From NCBI GenBank assembly GCA_945861715.1, contig CAMAVK010000003.1:3344-67343 (forward strand): DNA of 64,000 nucleotides, given 5' to 3'. This DNA is from Candidatus Woesearchaeota archaeon (GTDB lineage: Archaea > Nanobdellota > Nanobdellia > Woesearchaeales > GW2011-AR9). A program made the translations under genes and the position numbers. Under the pieces are notes generated by a model, which saw only the letters and a program-made list of their open reading frames with translations, did no database searches and was not told where the DNA came from. This document shows, in pieces, positions 48,904-58,789 of this stretch. Each line of letters begins with the position of its first letter. The first letter of the stretch is position 1.

Positions 48904-49503
48904 CTAAAACAAAGCGAACGCCATCCAACTCATTACCGCCCCCGCAATCAACGGGATTAACAAATTATCATCAATTTGTACACCACCAATACGAATTGCA
49001 ATGGATTCCACTATTAATGCACATAGTGACCCAAAAAATGCAAGCCAAAACGGAACAACTAAAAGAGCAGCAAACATCCCACATACTATTCCTGCAATTA
49101 ATCCCTCAAACATCCGCACCGGACCAATGGACAACGGATTTCGCCTCCGACCGAGTCCCGCTCCGACAAGATGCGCAGCAGAATCTCCAAACGTCAGTAT
49201 CAAAATTGATGCAACCGCAATATCCAACGAAAACAACAGTGACACAAGCGTAGCAGACAAAAAGAAGAAAAATATCCCCCGACCCGGGAATGATTTAATG
49301 TACTGTGGTCTCTCAAAATTTTCTAAAAACCAGGAGATAAAGGGCAATCGAGTATGTAATGTGAGAAGAACCACCCCCCCACCAAGCAAAGTCACAACCC
49401 CTATCAATATCCAGTTAAAATATCCAAAATAGAGCCCGCAACTGAGTATCAATCCTAAACAAACATGAAACACTTTGCGTCGGATTTCAAAAGATGAGAT
49501 CAT
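48904..49503 (-). CDS. polytopic membrane protein, possibly a CTP-dependent polyprenol/dolichol kinase-like (CTP_transf_1 superfamily) protein
   Basis: Six or more TM helices; FGDSAAHLVGAGLGRRR resembles the GD..A..VG...G motif of dolichol/phytol kinases. Weak call. Confidence 0.3.
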   Translation of the reverse strand: MISSFEIRRKVFHVCLGLILSCGLYFGYFNWILIGVVTLLGGGVVLLTLHTRLPFISWFLENFERPQYIKSFPGRGIFFFFLSATLVSLLFSLDIAVASILILTFGDSAAHLVGAGLGRRRNPLSIGPVRMFEGLIAGIVCGMFAALLVVPFWLAFFGSLCALIVESIAIRIGGVQIDDNLLIPLIAGAVMSWMAFALF

Positions 49504-49618
49504 ATCTCATTAGCCCATTTCTAGGTTTATAACCGTTATGGGTAACATCATAGCCTAAAGCTCTGATTTAACCTATTGCCTCAATACATTATTAAAGACA
49601 AGAGACTCCCTATACAAC

Positions 49619-50866
49619 ATGCATCCAAAAATTATTGTCTTTGGCGACACCGAACTCGGAGCAGGAACCATCACAGATGACTTCATAGCTGACGTCGAAC
49701 TCTCAAAAGTTATTCGAAAATACTCAAAGACCAAAGAAACAATTGACATGGTATTCAATGGAGATACCTTTGATTATCTAAAATGCCCGGTAATCATCAA
49801 CAAACATTCTTCATATCCAAGACATATAACTTCAAAAATATCCCTTCACAAAACAAAACTGATATTTTCCGCTCATCATGAAGTCATCTCCGCAATGCGA
49901 GACTTTGCAAAAAATAATAATCACCAAATCTACTTCCTCTATGGGAACCATGATCCTGATATCAAATTTCCAGAAGTACAATCACTATTTTATAAAGAAT
50001 TAAAATCCAAAAAAAACATTCATTTTCAAACACGTTACGAACGTCCAGGTCTACACATTGAACACGGCGACGCCTACGATGTGCTGCATCAAGTTCAACA
50101 TGATGACCATTTCATCACATATCGCGGAAATAAGATCCTCAATCTGCCATACGTTTCTTACGGATTAATGGATAAATTTATGGTGATAAAAGAAATTCAT
50201 CCATTTCTCGAAAGAATTAAACCAGAATCTGAACTCTTTAGACATCATAAAGAAATAGCCAAAATCATAACATCTAAATCAGCAAGTTATTTTATGAAAT
50301 CCATTTTTTATTATCCGTTGCGTCATTTCAAAGATCCAACATATACTCTCCCAAAAGGTCTCTTCGAAGAATTCATTCATCGTGCGCGTGCCGCCGGATT
50401 TTATGTAGGATCCGTCATCCCACTCTTCAAGTCTAAAAATCATGATAAACTCTTAAATCATGATCATCAAAATGTGTACATCTTAGGGCATCGGCATGAC
50501 TACGTAATTGACTCTGTCGGAAAAAATACAATAATGCATCCCGACACCTGGCGTGATGAATATATACTTGATCCTAAAACAAAATTACTCAAACCAAAAG
50601 ACAAGCATTACATCGAATTACAAAAAAAAGGGCATGATTGGAAATACAAAGTTCACACTGTTAAATCAATTCGCCCATCATTTGATTTCAATTACGTAAC
50701 CAAAAATGAAGTAGAAGCAGCAAATATAGCTGCGGCTGAAGAAGGATATGTTCCACCACGCAACCACATACGACACAAACCTACCTCAACCAAAGGAAGA
50801 TTCAGATCATATAGAGAGAACCGAGCAAAGAAAAAAGCGGCATCCCAAAAAAACAAATTAAAATAA
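49619..50866 (+). CDS. calcineurin-like metallophosphoesterase with K-rich C-terminal tail
   Basis: IVFGDTELG, VFNGDTFDY, LYGNHDPD, GHRHDY phosphoesterase motifs. Confidence 0.7.
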   Translation: MHPKIIVFGDTELGAGTITDDFIADVELSKVIRKYSKTKETIDMVFNGDTFDYLKCPVIINKHSSYPRHITSKISLHKTKLIFSAHHEVISAMRDFAKNNNHQIYFLYGNHDPDIKFPEVQSLFYKELKSKKNIHFQTRYERPGLHIEHGDAYDVLHQVQHDDHFITYRGNKILNLPYVSYGLMDKFMVIKEIHPFLERIKPESELFRHHKEIAKIITSKSASYFMKSIFYYPLRHFKDPTYTLPKGLFEEFIHRARAAGFYVGSVIPLFKSKNHDKLLNHDHQNVYILGHRHDYVIDSVGKNTIMHPDTWRDEYILDPKTKLLKPKDKHYIELQKKGHDWKYKVHTVKSIRPSFDFNYVTKNEVEAANIAAAEEGYVPPRNHIRHKPTSTKGRFRSYRENRAKKKAASQKNKLK

Positions 50867-50901
50867 ACTCATTTTACCCTACATAACCCGTTCTTCATTA
50901 T

Positions 50902-51558
50902 TCACGTATCCTTGAGATAAATAAACATCGTACATTCTCCTCGAAGCTGTTCTTCATCATGAATTACAACTCTATCAACCACAGAAGCAAATTTCTCTTC
51001 CACATATTTTTTTACAAAGGCAGAGCTTTCAATATGGTATTTTCCTGGCACAAGAAATGTCATATCAGATAAAAAATTCAACACGACCCCCGTGCCGGCA
51101 AGACCAATCATCGCATCCACCATTAAAAGAAACGTTTCATGAAATCCTGGCTCTTCAATATTAAGAGAGCCAATACAAAAAACATAGTCCGCTCTTTCAA
51201 TATCATCCTTCAAAATATTAGCACACAATACGCGCGCATCTGGATGATTTTTTTGACATATTGATACCATTTCAGGCAAAATATCCACTCCAGTGTACTG
51301 CACCTGTTCCTGAGATGATTTCAAATAAGAAAGCAACCCTCCCGTACCACATCCAATATCTAATATTGAACAACCCGAAAGCACACCTACCTCACAAGCT
51401 AACTTAAATCTCAAAGCATACTCTACTGTATCGTCCCATCCCATGGAACGTATATCCTCAGGAGAATAGCGCGACAACTGTTCCCGATAAAAATCTTCAA
51501 CCGCGTTGAACCTATCCATAAAGTTAGTTCTTGTTAGGCAATCTTTAAAAACGTTCAC
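50902..51558 (-). CDS. class I SAM-dependent methyltransferase
   Basis: Motif I ILDIGCGTGGLLSYL and motif II QYTGVDI. Confidence 0.7.
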   Translation of the reverse strand: MNVFKDCLTRTNFMDRFNAVEDFYREQLSRYSPEDIRSMGWDDTVEYALRFKLACEVGVLSGCSILDIGCGTGGLLSYLKSSQEQVQYTGVDILPEMVSICQKNHPDARVLCANILKDDIERADYVFCIGSLNIEEPGFHETFLLMVDAMIGLAGTGVVLNFLSDMTFLVPGKYHIESSAFVKKYVEEKFASVVDRVVIHDEEQLRGECTMFIYLKDT

Positions 51559-51574
51559 CTCTCATCCCTCTTAA

Positions 51575-52135
51575 ATGAACAGTCCTATCGCCGCAAGCCT
51601 TGTCGAACCAACTTCGGAAAATAAAACTTTATCAGATATCACTCTATCCAAGACAAATTCTTCCCCTCAAACAAAGAATAACACGCCAACAACACTCATC
51701 GCACCTCTAGATGTAGACGGAACAATTGCGCTTGAAACAATTATTGAACAATCCTCAACACCAAACAGCAACCCTTCTTATACCGAAAAAGACTTTGAAC
51801 GCGCACTCACCTACGGAAAGCAAGAACCTCCAAAAGCAGAACAACTAAACGTGCAATATGGAAGAGAAAAATCACCTGAAGAACAACCAAACCTCTATAA
51901 AAAACAAACAGAAGAAGATGAAAAATCCACTGCATCCGAAACCATGACCACGCAAGAAGCAAACAGCAAACTGCAAGACATCCAATACGCCCAAGTCACA
52001 GGAAACATCCAAGCTCTAGACTTACAAGAACGCAGACGATTCGCGACTTGGGCCCAATACAACCCTGAGTTTCTCTCATTATTTCATCGAATCCACGCTG
52101 TAACAGGCGACGTAAATTACAGCAGAACATTCTAA
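51575..52135 (+). CDS. hypothetical low-complexity protein (186 aa)
   Basis: S/T/N/E-rich; ORF only. Confidence 0.3.
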   Translation: MNSPIAASLVEPTSENKTLSDITLSKTNSSPQTKNNTPTTLIAPLDVDGTIALETIIEQSSTPNSNPSYTEKDFERALTYGKQEPPKAEQLNVQYGREKSPEEQPNLYKKQTEEDEKSTASETMTTQEANSKLQDIQYAQVTGNIQALDLQERRRFATWAQYNPEFLSLFHRIHAVTGDVNYSRTF

Positions 52136-52209
52136 ATACTAAATAATACATTACTGCTAAGTAGTAACGAGGAGAAAGATTTATAAATAATTCCTCATTT
52201 TGAGGATAT

Positions 52210-52821
52210 ATGGTAATATTTGCAGGAATTCAAACAAACGTAACCGCTGTTCAACAACACGACGCTTTGGACAGTGACTATCACACCACCTTTAAAAAAC
52301 GCTTCCGTTCCGACGAATTAGAAGAAGTTGTCTTATATGGTGATTCCGGTGGACGAAATCATGCGCTTTATCCAAAAGATGGGTATCTTGCTCTTCGTGA
52401 CGTACAATGCTTTGGCGGTCCAGATGTTTGTCAAGCGTTACTTAACTCTGAGGAGTTTCGGTTAAAGAATGGCGTGTATACGCCCTACGTACAAATGAGT
52501 CACCTAGGTTCATTCAAAAGAAGTTTATCCACACTCTTCCAACTAGAACGTGTATCACAAAATCCTGTTGAAATAAGCGGCCTTATCTCACTCAATGCTG
52601 ATGGAGCTTCTGAATTCAAAGAAACTGATTCTTACTTTATTCAAGAAAAAGAAAAGGTCGATACATTCATCACTAAATATAATGAAGCAAAGCAGAACTC
52701 AACTCATGGTTTTCCTGTGCTCGAAGGTTATATGACTGGAATAAAACGAGATCGTGGGATCGAAGTACTTAATGCTGTGTTTGGCGAAGATTTAGTTCGA
52801 AAGCTTAGCATAAAGAAATAG
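52210..52821 (+). CDS. hypothetical protein (203 aa)
   Basis: ORF only. Confidence 0.35.
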   Translation: MVIFAGIQTNVTAVQQHDALDSDYHTTFKKRFRSDELEEVVLYGDSGGRNHALYPKDGYLALRDVQCFGGPDVCQALLNSEEFRLKNGVYTPYVQMSHLGSFKRSLSTLFQLERVSQNPVEISGLISLNADGASEFKETDSYFIQEKEKVDTFITKYNEAKQNSTHGFPVLEGYMTGIKRDRGIEVLNAVFGEDLVRKLSIKK

Positions 52822-52892
52822 ATTTTTTGTATTCTTCTTTTATTTTTTTAAGCTTTAAAGAAGTTCTCTATAAAATAATTTTATTCTCTTAT

Positions 52893-53651
52893 TCACTTCC
52901 ACATTTCTAACATTTCTTCTTCCATGAAATGCAATTTACTCGGAATTATCACACAATGTGGAGGCGCACCAAAATCAATCTTCTTAATAGCGCCAAGCGG
53001 ACCGGATTTAATCATGAAGTCAGAGCGACCAAGTCGCGCACAACCAACAACTAAAGTAGAATCTTTAATCACTCCCTCACCAAGTCGTTTCTCAATACCT
53101 TCTAAAATAGTAAGTGCCGAATTAACCGTCATAAACTTTCCTAAGCCGGGTTTCAAATCAAGTAGACATAGCGTATGAGCACCTAGCATATGATTTTCTC
53201 GAATAATATGATACGGCCCTTCCAGTTGCGGAACGTCTTCAATGAATGGTATAGAAGTTGTTTTCCCAAATTTATACAATTGTAACCCCGTACGACCAAT
53301 AGCACTCAGAACAGACCCATTATGTACCACTTCAACATTCACTCCTCTCTCAAGTGCCGCTCGATACATTTCAATATGAGTCGTTGCAGAAAACGGATCT
53401 CCAATAACTAAAAATGCAACATCTTTATTCTGAGCTAAATCGATAATAATATCCTCTCCCTGCTCTGTCATGGCACGGTCAGCCGGAATCAACTTTTTAC
53501 CATAGAATTTCTCTAAATCCGCAATCGAACAAGATAGAAGTGATGTATATGTTTCAAAGTACACAGCCTCACATAACTTCACAATTTCAAGACCACGTAC
53601 TGTTATATCCTTCTCATCTCCTAGACCAAGTCCAATTAAATAAAGCGTCAT
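52893..53651 (-). CDS. dph5: diphthine synthase (Dph5)
   Basis: MTLYLIGLGLGDEKDITVRGLEIVKLCEAVYFETYTS...AFLVIGDPFSATTH is the canonical diphthine synthase N-terminus. Confidence 0.85.
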   Translation of the reverse strand: MTLYLIGLGLGDEKDITVRGLEIVKLCEAVYFETYTSLLSCSIADLEKFYGKKLIPADRAMTEQGEDIIIDLAQNKDVAFLVIGDPFSATTHIEMYRAALERGVNVEVVHNGSVLSAIGRTGLQLYKFGKTTSIPFIEDVPQLEGPYHIIRENHMLGAHTLCLLDLKPGLGKFMTVNSALTILEGIEKRLGEGVIKDSTLVVGCARLGRSDFMIKSGPLGAIKKIDFGAPPHCVIIPSKLHFMEEEMLEMWK

Positions 53652-53719
53652 AGAGAATCAAAACATCCCCGTTTTTATAAGAGTTCGCTTTGAAAAAAAT
53701 ATATCCCCTAAAATCAGCT

Positions 53720-54370
53720 CTACTGTGAAAAACGATAACTCCACTTCCGAAAGTGTGGCAATACAAACCTCCCATCCTTTATTCCAGATATTTCTTGCAT
53801 GAGCGGTATTAGATCCACTTTTTTCTCACCAATGCATGCCCGATTATCTTTTCTATACCTCGACGCAATAAGATTGTGCATATCAACTAAAAACATGCCG
53901 TCTTCGCGCTCAACTATGTTCCATGCATGGGGTGCTGATATTTCTTGATGTGAGGAGGGATCATTGTATTGAAGTAAACCCCAAATCGTGTACACCTCTC
54001 TTTCATTTCCTTGTTCATGTAAATGATACAACAATGATTTCTCAAGGCATTCACCATATTTTCGATCAACCGCTTCAGACAACGGACATACCATCTTTCC
54101 GACTTCATTACGTCGAGAAGGAATAAAAAGCGTTTTCCATGCTTCTTGATTAAACGGGTGTAATGGAGCCAGTCCACTTAAAAATTCTAACTCTGTTGCG
54201 TTTCGAGTTGCTATCTTCAAATCTACATCCAATGAGTCGATTGTATACACAAACATTCCTGGATGTAGATTTCGATAGAGAGTGTCACCTACATTAATCC
54301 TGTGATGAACTCTATGTGGAAATCGATTTTTGTATTCATCAATTGTGCCAAGAATACTCTCTTCCTTCAT
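53720..54370 (-). CDS. hypothetical protein (216 aa), possibly transglutaminase-like
   Basis: HAWNIV...DGMFLVD resembles the His/Asp part of transglutaminase-like cores. Weak call. Confidence 0.25.
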   Translation of the reverse strand: MKEESILGTIDEYKNRFPHRVHHRINVGDTLYRNLHPGMFVYTIDSLDVDLKIATRNATELEFLSGLAPLHPFNQEAWKTLFIPSRRNEVGKMVCPLSEAVDRKYGECLEKSLLYHLHEQGNEREVYTIWGLLQYNDPSSHQEISAPHAWNIVEREDGMFLVDMHNLIASRYRKDNRACIGEKKVDLIPLMQEISGIKDGRFVLPHFRKWSYRFSQ

Positions 54371-54477
54371 ATTCTAGTAAAATCCACTTTTAATTAAAAA
54401 ACCGCGCTCTATATTTTTCTCATATGGAGATTTACAACTAATTAAAAATAGGGAAAAAAACAAAAAATAATCCAGTC

Positions 54478-55080
54478 CTATTTATCAAGAACCATCTCAG
54501 ACTTATCAAATCTAAACTTCGTACCTTTTGGAGCATCAGCATATCCAATGGTACACAACACCGTTGGAACTATATGAGCAGGCAAATTCAAAATTTTGGC
54601 AAATTCAACTGAATTAAACCCTTCCATAGGACAAGAGTTAATACCAAGCGACATTGCACCATTAAGTGCAAATCCAAGAGCAATATAGGTTTGCTTCTGT
54701 GCCCACACTTTTGCACCTTCACTATCAAGTCCATTCACAAATCCTCGCATCATCTCAATATATTGAGTAGCGCCAGGCATCGTGAGAGCAAGCTTATCCA
54801 CATGGGCCATTAATTGAGTATTTGCACAAAACACAATCAAGTGTGAACAAGTCGTAATCTGAGGTTGATTCCACGCCGCAACAGCTAATTTCTCTTTCAT
54901 CGCAGAATCCCGAACAACCACCATCTTATACGGTTGTATATTGAATGATGTAGGAGCAGCAAGTGTCATATCTACAATTTCAGAAAATGTCGTCTCCGGT
55001 ACTTTTCGTCCATCAAACTTTCGAGCAGCATAGCGTTGTTGTACAATTTGTTTAAATTCCATTATTTCACCCATAAACAT
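54478..55080 (-). CDS. NAD(P)H nitroreductase-family protein
   Basis: RYAARKFDGRKVPE...AAPTSFNIQPYKMVVV is a nitroreductase N-terminal motif. Confidence 0.75.
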   Translation of the reverse strand: MFMGEIMEFKQIVQQRYAARKFDGRKVPETTFSEIVDMTLAAPTSFNIQPYKMVVVRDSAMKEKLAVAAWNQPQITTCSHLIVFCANTQLMAHVDKLALTMPGATQYIEMMRGFVNGLDSEGAKVWAQKQTYIALGFALNGAMSLGINSCPMEGFNSVEFAKILNLPAHIVPTVLCTIGYADAPKGTKFRFDKSEMVLDK

Positions 55081-55212
55081 CCATTATATCTCCTAAAACT
55101 ATCATCAGGAGCATCACTTCACAAAAAACACTGTTAATACTGTTAAAAAGAAAGTCTTATATATAAAGGCACTAGTTACCACCAAGAAACTAATAATCAA
55201 ATCAATCACAAA

Positions 55213-55512
55213 ATGCAAACCTGCCCGATCGCTCAAACCTTAGAAGGTCTATCCAAGAAGTGGACTCTTCTTCTGCTCCACGACCTAAACACGCATCCAA
55301 CCAGACGCTTCACTCAACTCATAACGGATTATCCTGATATCAGCTCGAAAACACTAGCCCAAAGACTATTCGAATTAGAAAAACAGGGCCTCATCACTAA
55401 AACAAAATTCAAAGAATCGCCTCCCCGCATAGAATATCGCCTCACGCTAAAAGGCAAGGAGTTAATTGGATGTTTCAAATCCATCGAACAATGGGCTAAG
55501 AAATATGCATAA
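55213..55512 (+). CDS. HxlR-family (MarR-like) transcriptional regulator
   Basis: CPIAQTLEGLSKKWTLLLLHDL...RF..L is the HxlR signature; divergent from the nitroreductase gene. Confidence 0.7.
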   Translation: MQTCPIAQTLEGLSKKWTLLLLHDLNTHPTRRFTQLITDYPDISSKTLAQRLFELEKQGLITKTKFKESPPRIEYRLTLKGKELIGCFKSIEQWAKKYA

Positions 55513-55533
55513 AATAAAGAAAATGTCACCTAA

Positions 55534-56931
55534 TTATTTTTTCTGATGCATAAAAAGTTCAAGTGCTGTCAAACTCATCGGCTCACGAACTGCTCGCCAA
55601 ACCGCATCTCCCCCATATTCAGCTGCAAGTTTAGATACTCGTTGCAAACCAGGATGATACGCAGGACCACCATACAATTTCATAAATTCATCGCGTCGTC
55701 CAGACGTAATTCCACGAGCACGTTGTGCAATAGAATCTGGCAACATCCCATAAGAAATTCCTTGGGCTATAATCTCATCTGATGATTGTGGTTTCTCATC
55801 AAAGTGCGCAGCGACTTGATGGCCAAGTAATGCCCGATTCAACAGGTATAAACTCAACTCGACATCCACTATCTTTGGATCAATATATCGCCCCGCAAAT
55901 TCATGATAGAAAGAAATTCCTTGATCAGCCATGCCCTCTTGAGTACAGCATTGATTTGTCTCCATGGTTCCAATATGACCCATCGCATCTCCAGTTTCAC
56001 GAGCATATTGGTCCCATAACACCGTTAACCGAAAATGACCACCAATTTCATGAGCCGTTGTAATTAATAAATCTGCAATTGTTCCATTATCATGAGGTAC
56101 AATAAATGATTGAGCTTGAAATGCGCCATTTCCTCGTCCATAATCAAATGATCCCCCAGTACCTTCACTTGCTTTTGAGGAATCAACAAACTTGACATGT
56201 GCTTCTTTTGGAAAATGAGGATCAATTTCTTTGATATACGCAATAAGTGCATTACCTATCTCTTGATACCCAGAAAAATACGCCTCCTTTCCCTGCACTG
56301 TTTCCATCTTAGTTCGCATTTCTGCGACACGTTCAGAAAACGTACCATTTGTAAAACCTAAACCGTTGAGTTGATTCATGATATCAGCTCGCATGGAATC
56401 CATCTCCAAAATTGTTGGCGTAGGATCAACACTTAAACCAGTTACCCCTAACACACATTCACCATAACTTGGAGCTGTAACTCCCTCAATTCCTAGTTTT
56501 GCACCATACACACGAGCAAATAATTCCAAACTTCGAGCCTCATCAACCCGCGTTTGACGCACTATTGGTTCACGAATCCACAACGCTTTCTCTTGAAGTT
56601 CTTTGATTTTTTTAAGTGGGTTATACCTCTGCCATATTGCCACCTGACTATTTCGTACCACATCGGATTGCTTTTGTATCTCAGACTGATCAGTTATAGC
56701 ATGAAGTTCTTTTAATTGTGACCTCACTCGATCTAAATCCGCATTGGTATACGTTCTTGGAAGATGTTGCACCGCACTCACACAATCAAATATAATTCTT
56801 GGATCATCATAAGGGCCTAATCCCCCCGCAATAATTTCAAGCACCAGAATTAACTCCGCTCGCGCATCACCAAAATTCAAAATAGCATCACCAAAATGCA
56901 AAATAGATCGTTCGTTTCTTATCATACTCAA
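55534..56931 (-). CDS. hypothetical protein (465 aa) with HEIGGH (HExxxH-like) segment
   Basis: ORF only; possible metallohydrolase but the motif spacing is atypical. Confidence 0.3.
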   Translation of the reverse strand: MSMIRNERSILHFGDAILNFGDARAELILVLEIIAGGLGPYDDPRIIFDCVSAVQHLPRTYTNADLDRVRSQLKELHAITDQSEIQKQSDVVRNSQVAIWQRYNPLKKIKELQEKALWIREPIVRQTRVDEARSLELFARVYGAKLGIEGVTAPSYGECVLGVTGLSVDPTPTILEMDSMRADIMNQLNGLGFTNGTFSERVAEMRTKMETVQGKEAYFSGYQEIGNALIAYIKEIDPHFPKEAHVKFVDSSKASEGTGGSFDYGRGNGAFQAQSFIVPHDNGTIADLLITTAHEIGGHFRLTVLWDQYARETGDAMGHIGTMETNQCCTQEGMADQGISFYHEFAGRYIDPKIVDVELSLYLLNRALLGHQVAAHFDEKPQSSDEIIAQGISYGMLPDSIAQRARGITSGRRDEFMKLYGGPAYHPGLQRVSKLAAEYGGDAVWRAVREPMSLTALELFMHQKK

Positions 56932-57021
56932 AAAAGTTAATTATTCCTATTTAAACATTTTGAAGTTCAAGAAGAGAAATGCACATAGTATCAGAAAAAA
57001 TAAATAAACAAATCACAATGT

Positions 57022-58698
57022 CTATTTTAACATCTTAACAACATACGGTCCTTCCGACACATACCCCAACTTCTTGCGATAATACTCTCGAACGCCCACT
57101 CCTGATATAACCACAATCTTATCTTTACCATGAGCAATACAAATCTCTTCCGCTTTCTTCATCAATTTCTGTCCCCATCCTCTATGTTGAACTCCCCCTG
57201 CGTCTCCAATACCCGTTGCTGTTCCATACACGTGCAACTCTCGTAAAATACCAGAAGTTAAAGTAATCTCAGGACGTAAACTTTCGAACGGAAATCGCAA
57301 TCGTGCAAAGCCAATAATAACATCATGCTCGGTATCCTCAGCTGAAATAAAAAACTCCGCACCTTTTGACCCACTATACTCCTGCACTTTTACAACAACC
57401 TTATCCCACGAAATGACTGTTTTACCAGGTTCCCGACATCGTATACAGCGACACTGCACATTAAAATTTTCCATGAAATACTGTCTAAAGTTCGTCATCT
57501 CAACGCCAGCAACCCATTGCTTTGTTGGAACATCCCTCTGAATCCTCATAATACGGCAATACTCCGGAATTATTTTTTTCAACTCCGCAATACGCAACGC
57601 TGCTTCAGCAGCATCAATGGGTACAAATTTCCCTGACACAAAATCAGCATACAATGCCGTACCGCGTGACACCATGCATGGATAGACCTTCAACATATCA
57701 GGTCGAAAGTCTGGGTTTGAGAACAATTCCTGCAATCCAGCAATATCTCGCTCTCGAGATGTCAGTGGAAGTCCAGGCATATAATGCCCAGTAATTTTAA
57801 ATCCTAAATCCTTCAACTCGCGAATGCTTTGAATAGTGTCCGCAATTGTGTGACCGCGGTGAATGTGTGCTACAACATCATCATACACACTCTGAATTCC
57901 AAGTTCTACTCGTGTGCATCCAAACCGAAGTAACTCTTGTCCATGCAATGCAAATCCCCAATCCGGTTTTGTTTCAACACACAGTGCAACGCATCGAATC
58001 TGTGACGTCTCATTAATCTTCTGCTCCTCTTCAAGTACACAGTCTCCGCGCATCAACATTAATTTCGCTTTCACCCTATCTTCTCGATCCTTATTTCCAA
58101 CCGTCTCAACTGGCAGCTCAAAAAATTCCTTAAATTTTAAATACAAAAATTCCCCATTCTCAAAAAACATAGTAGAAAAATCATTCATCGCTTTAAACGC
58201 GTATCGAACAAACTCTTCCTGATAATCTGCTGGCATTGCAGGAAATGTCCCGCCCATCAAAATAAGCTCTACTTTCTCAAAATTATGGCCCATAATGGCA
58301 TATTGCTCTAAGCGGTTAAACACCTGCATATAAGAATCATAGTTATTGCGAATCCCACGCATCGTAGCAGGTTCTTTTCCGGTATAAGATTGCGGAACCG
58401 AACCAAAATACGAGTTAGGTCCACCCGGGCACATCGTACATTTTCCATGCGGACACGGCTCAGGCCGAGTCATAATAGCTACCGGTGCCACCCCAGCTGC
58501 TGAGCGAACAGGCTTACTCATCAACTTCGTCTTACAAAACTCAAACTCCGATGCCGGGGCAGTAAACAACACTTCCATATTCATCGGAATGCGTGACACG
58601 CCATACTTTGTACATAGATCTCTTTTAAGCGCATTAAACTCCTTGTCAGTATAATCACGAAGACGAAGTGCGGCAATAAGTTCTGAAAATAGATCCAT
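57022..58698 (-). CDS. elp3: Elp3-type tRNA uridine(34) acetyltransferase (radical SAM + GNAT)
   Basis: Radical-SAM CPHGKCTMCPGG and C-terminal GNAT motif QHRGWGQKLMKKAEEI; 558 aa. Confidence 0.9.
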   Translation of the reverse strand: MDLFSELIAALRLRDYTDKEFNALKRDLCTKYGVSRIPMNMEVLFTAPASEFEFCKTKLMSKPVRSAAGVAPVAIMTRPEPCPHGKCTMCPGGPNSYFGSVPQSYTGKEPATMRGIRNNYDSYMQVFNRLEQYAIMGHNFEKVELILMGGTFPAMPADYQEEFVRYAFKAMNDFSTMFFENGEFLYLKFKEFFELPVETVGNKDREDRVKAKLMLMRGDCVLEEEQKINETSQIRCVALCVETKPDWGFALHGQELLRFGCTRVELGIQSVYDDVVAHIHRGHTIADTIQSIRELKDLGFKITGHYMPGLPLTSRERDIAGLQELFSNPDFRPDMLKVYPCMVSRGTALYADFVSGKFVPIDAAEAALRIAELKKIIPEYCRIMRIQRDVPTKQWVAGVEMTNFRQYFMENFNVQCRCIRCREPGKTVISWDKVVVKVQEYSGSKGAEFFISAEDTEHDVIIGFARLRFPFESLRPEITLTSGILRELHVYGTATGIGDAGGVQHRGWGQKLMKKAEEICIAHGKDKIVVISGVGVREYYRKKLGYVSEGPYVVKMLK

Positions 58699-58789
58699 AA
58701 TGCTCTATTTTGAGAGCTATAATAAAAACATTCTCATTAAAATGACCAAAATCCCATTATCTTTTTTTGACTCGAACACAGCTCTACAT

